Shown here: positions 45,670-46,568 of the stretch, piece by piece
How the letters are laid out: the number at the start of each line of letters is the position of its first letter
Position numbering within the stretch: the first letter of the stretch is position 1
Assembly: GCA_031554295.1 (NCBI GenBank)
Contig: JAVBVM010000038.1
Location: 1-46,568 of the forward strand
Source of the DNA: Desulfovibrionaceae bacterium
GTDB lineage: Bacteria > Desulfobacterota > Desulfovibrionia > Desulfovibrionales > Desulfovibrionaceae
DNA: 46,568 nt
Direction: 5' to 3'
Program-made: the position numbers and the translations under genes
Notes under the pieces: generated by a model
Told to the model about the DNA's origin: nothing
The model's input: the letters and a program-made list of their open reading frames with translations, nothing else
Databases searched by the model: none

Positions 45670-46425
45670 ATGAGAGGAATGCCGCTGCCGTATGTGATTT
45701 TGGCTGTTTTTTTCGCTATGATCCTGTTGCCGTGCGCCGCCCGGGCGGAAGCCCCGATCAGCCGGCCGGACGCCCTGAGCCTTGCCGGCGTGGACGCCTA
45801 CGGCTCTCCACAAAAAGCCCCGGCGCTGTTCCTGCATGATGCGCACACCGCCGCCCCGCTTGAAGCCATGCGGAACTGTACCGCCTGCCACGCGGTGGAC
45901 AAACGCTCGGGCCGGCTGGATTTCCGCTTTGCCCCCACAGTGGGCCCCAACGGCAAGCCATTGTCCGGCAAGGCGCTTATGGACGCCTGGCATAACGGCT
46001 GCGGCGGCTGCCATGCCGCCATGGAAAAATCCGGACAGCCTTCCGGGCCGATCCAGACCGCCATGTGCGCCTCCTGTCATGATCCCAGGCCGTTCGCCAC
46101 CCAGAGCGGCAGCATTGTTCCCACCACCGACATCATGAGCGACGACGTGCACGATGCGCACATGGCCTCGGACCTCATCCTGGGCGAAAACGGCGAGGAC
46201 AACTGCGCCGTGTGCCACCATGCCGTGAAGAACGCCGACGGACAGATTATTCCCTGGGAAGCGGGCGAGGAAATCGCCTGCGCGGAATGCCATGGTCAGG
46301 AAGGCGGAAAAGTCCCCTCACTGCGCCAGGCTTCGCACGGCAGCTGCCTGAGCTGCCATGACAAGGTGCGGGAACAGGCGCAGGTTCCGCTGAGCTGTGA
46401 ATCTTGCCACAGCAAGGCGTCCTAG
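45670..46425 (+). CDS. Periplasmic heptahaem cytochrome c of the c3 (class III) type
   Basis: 251 aa from ATG 45670 behind AGGGAGAG. Signal peptide ...LLPCAARAEA. Seven CxxCH motifs (CTACH, CGGCH, CASCH, CAVCH, CAECH, CLSCH, CESCH). Two c3-style FLHDAH / VHDAH distal-His segments. Confidence 0.85.
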   Translation: MRGMPLPYVILAVFFAMILLPCAARAEAPISRPDALSLAGVDAYGSPQKAPALFLHDAHTAAPLEAMRNCTACHAVDKRSGRLDFRFAPTVGPNGKPLSGKALMDAWHNGCGGCHAAMEKSGQPSGPIQTAMCASCHDPRPFATQSGSIVPTTDIMSDDVHDAHMASDLILGENGEDNCAVCHHAVKNADGQIIPWEAGEEIACAECHGQEGGKVPSLRQASHGSCLSCHDKVREQAQVPLSCESCHSKAS

Positions 46426-46568
46426 CGCCGCCTCCGCACACGTCTTTTTCCCGATGGTCATGTCAAGCGGGCCTTTTTTCGCCTGTACGCGACCCGCGCA
46501 AAAATGCCCGCCTTTCTTGTACATGGGATAAAATACGCTATTTGGAAACAGCCCCAGGCGGCACAATT

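Overview
High-GC bacterial chromosomal segment. NfnAB-type oxidoreductase genes, a c3-type multihaem cytochrome, proteins I recall as 'DVU_xxxx'-type families, and sigma-28/sigma-54 promoter motifs suggest a Desulfovibrionaceae-like sulfate reducer (inference only). I support 41 protein-coding genes. I found no rRNA, tRNA, CRISPR array, transposase or integrase. Main blocks: (1) nfnAB. (2) A cobalamin riboswitch with terminator in front of a nine-gene corrinoid uptake operon: BtuF-like SBP, ABC ATPase, permease, TonB-dependent receptor, an exported BtuF-like::CbiZ fusion, and exbB-exbD-tonB. (3) Housekeeping genes: speB, prmC, panBC, ZIP transporter, NlpC/P60, maf, murA, spoT, proC. (4) A small flagellar class-III island: a FlgO-like gene and a DVU0524-like/flgM operon, each behind a near-consensus sigma-28 promoter. 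(5) A six-gene module bracketed by inverted copies of a ~70-nt hairpin repeat: C-GCAxxG-C-C protein, PaaK-like adenylating enzyme, orphan XylF-like binding protein, Cache histidine kinase and ABC-2 exporter. (6) A tightly packed minus-strand operon in which queF lies between a 571-aa polytopic membrane protein with an internal threefold repeat and a periplasmic transglutaminase-like cysteine protease, followed by pal. (7) A heptahaem cytochrome c at the window edge. The many long ORFs antisense to these genes are treated as high-GC artefacts. The best candidates for undescribed biology are blocks 5 and 6 and the exported CbiZ fusion. All functional readings are from motif recognition by eye, with no database search.
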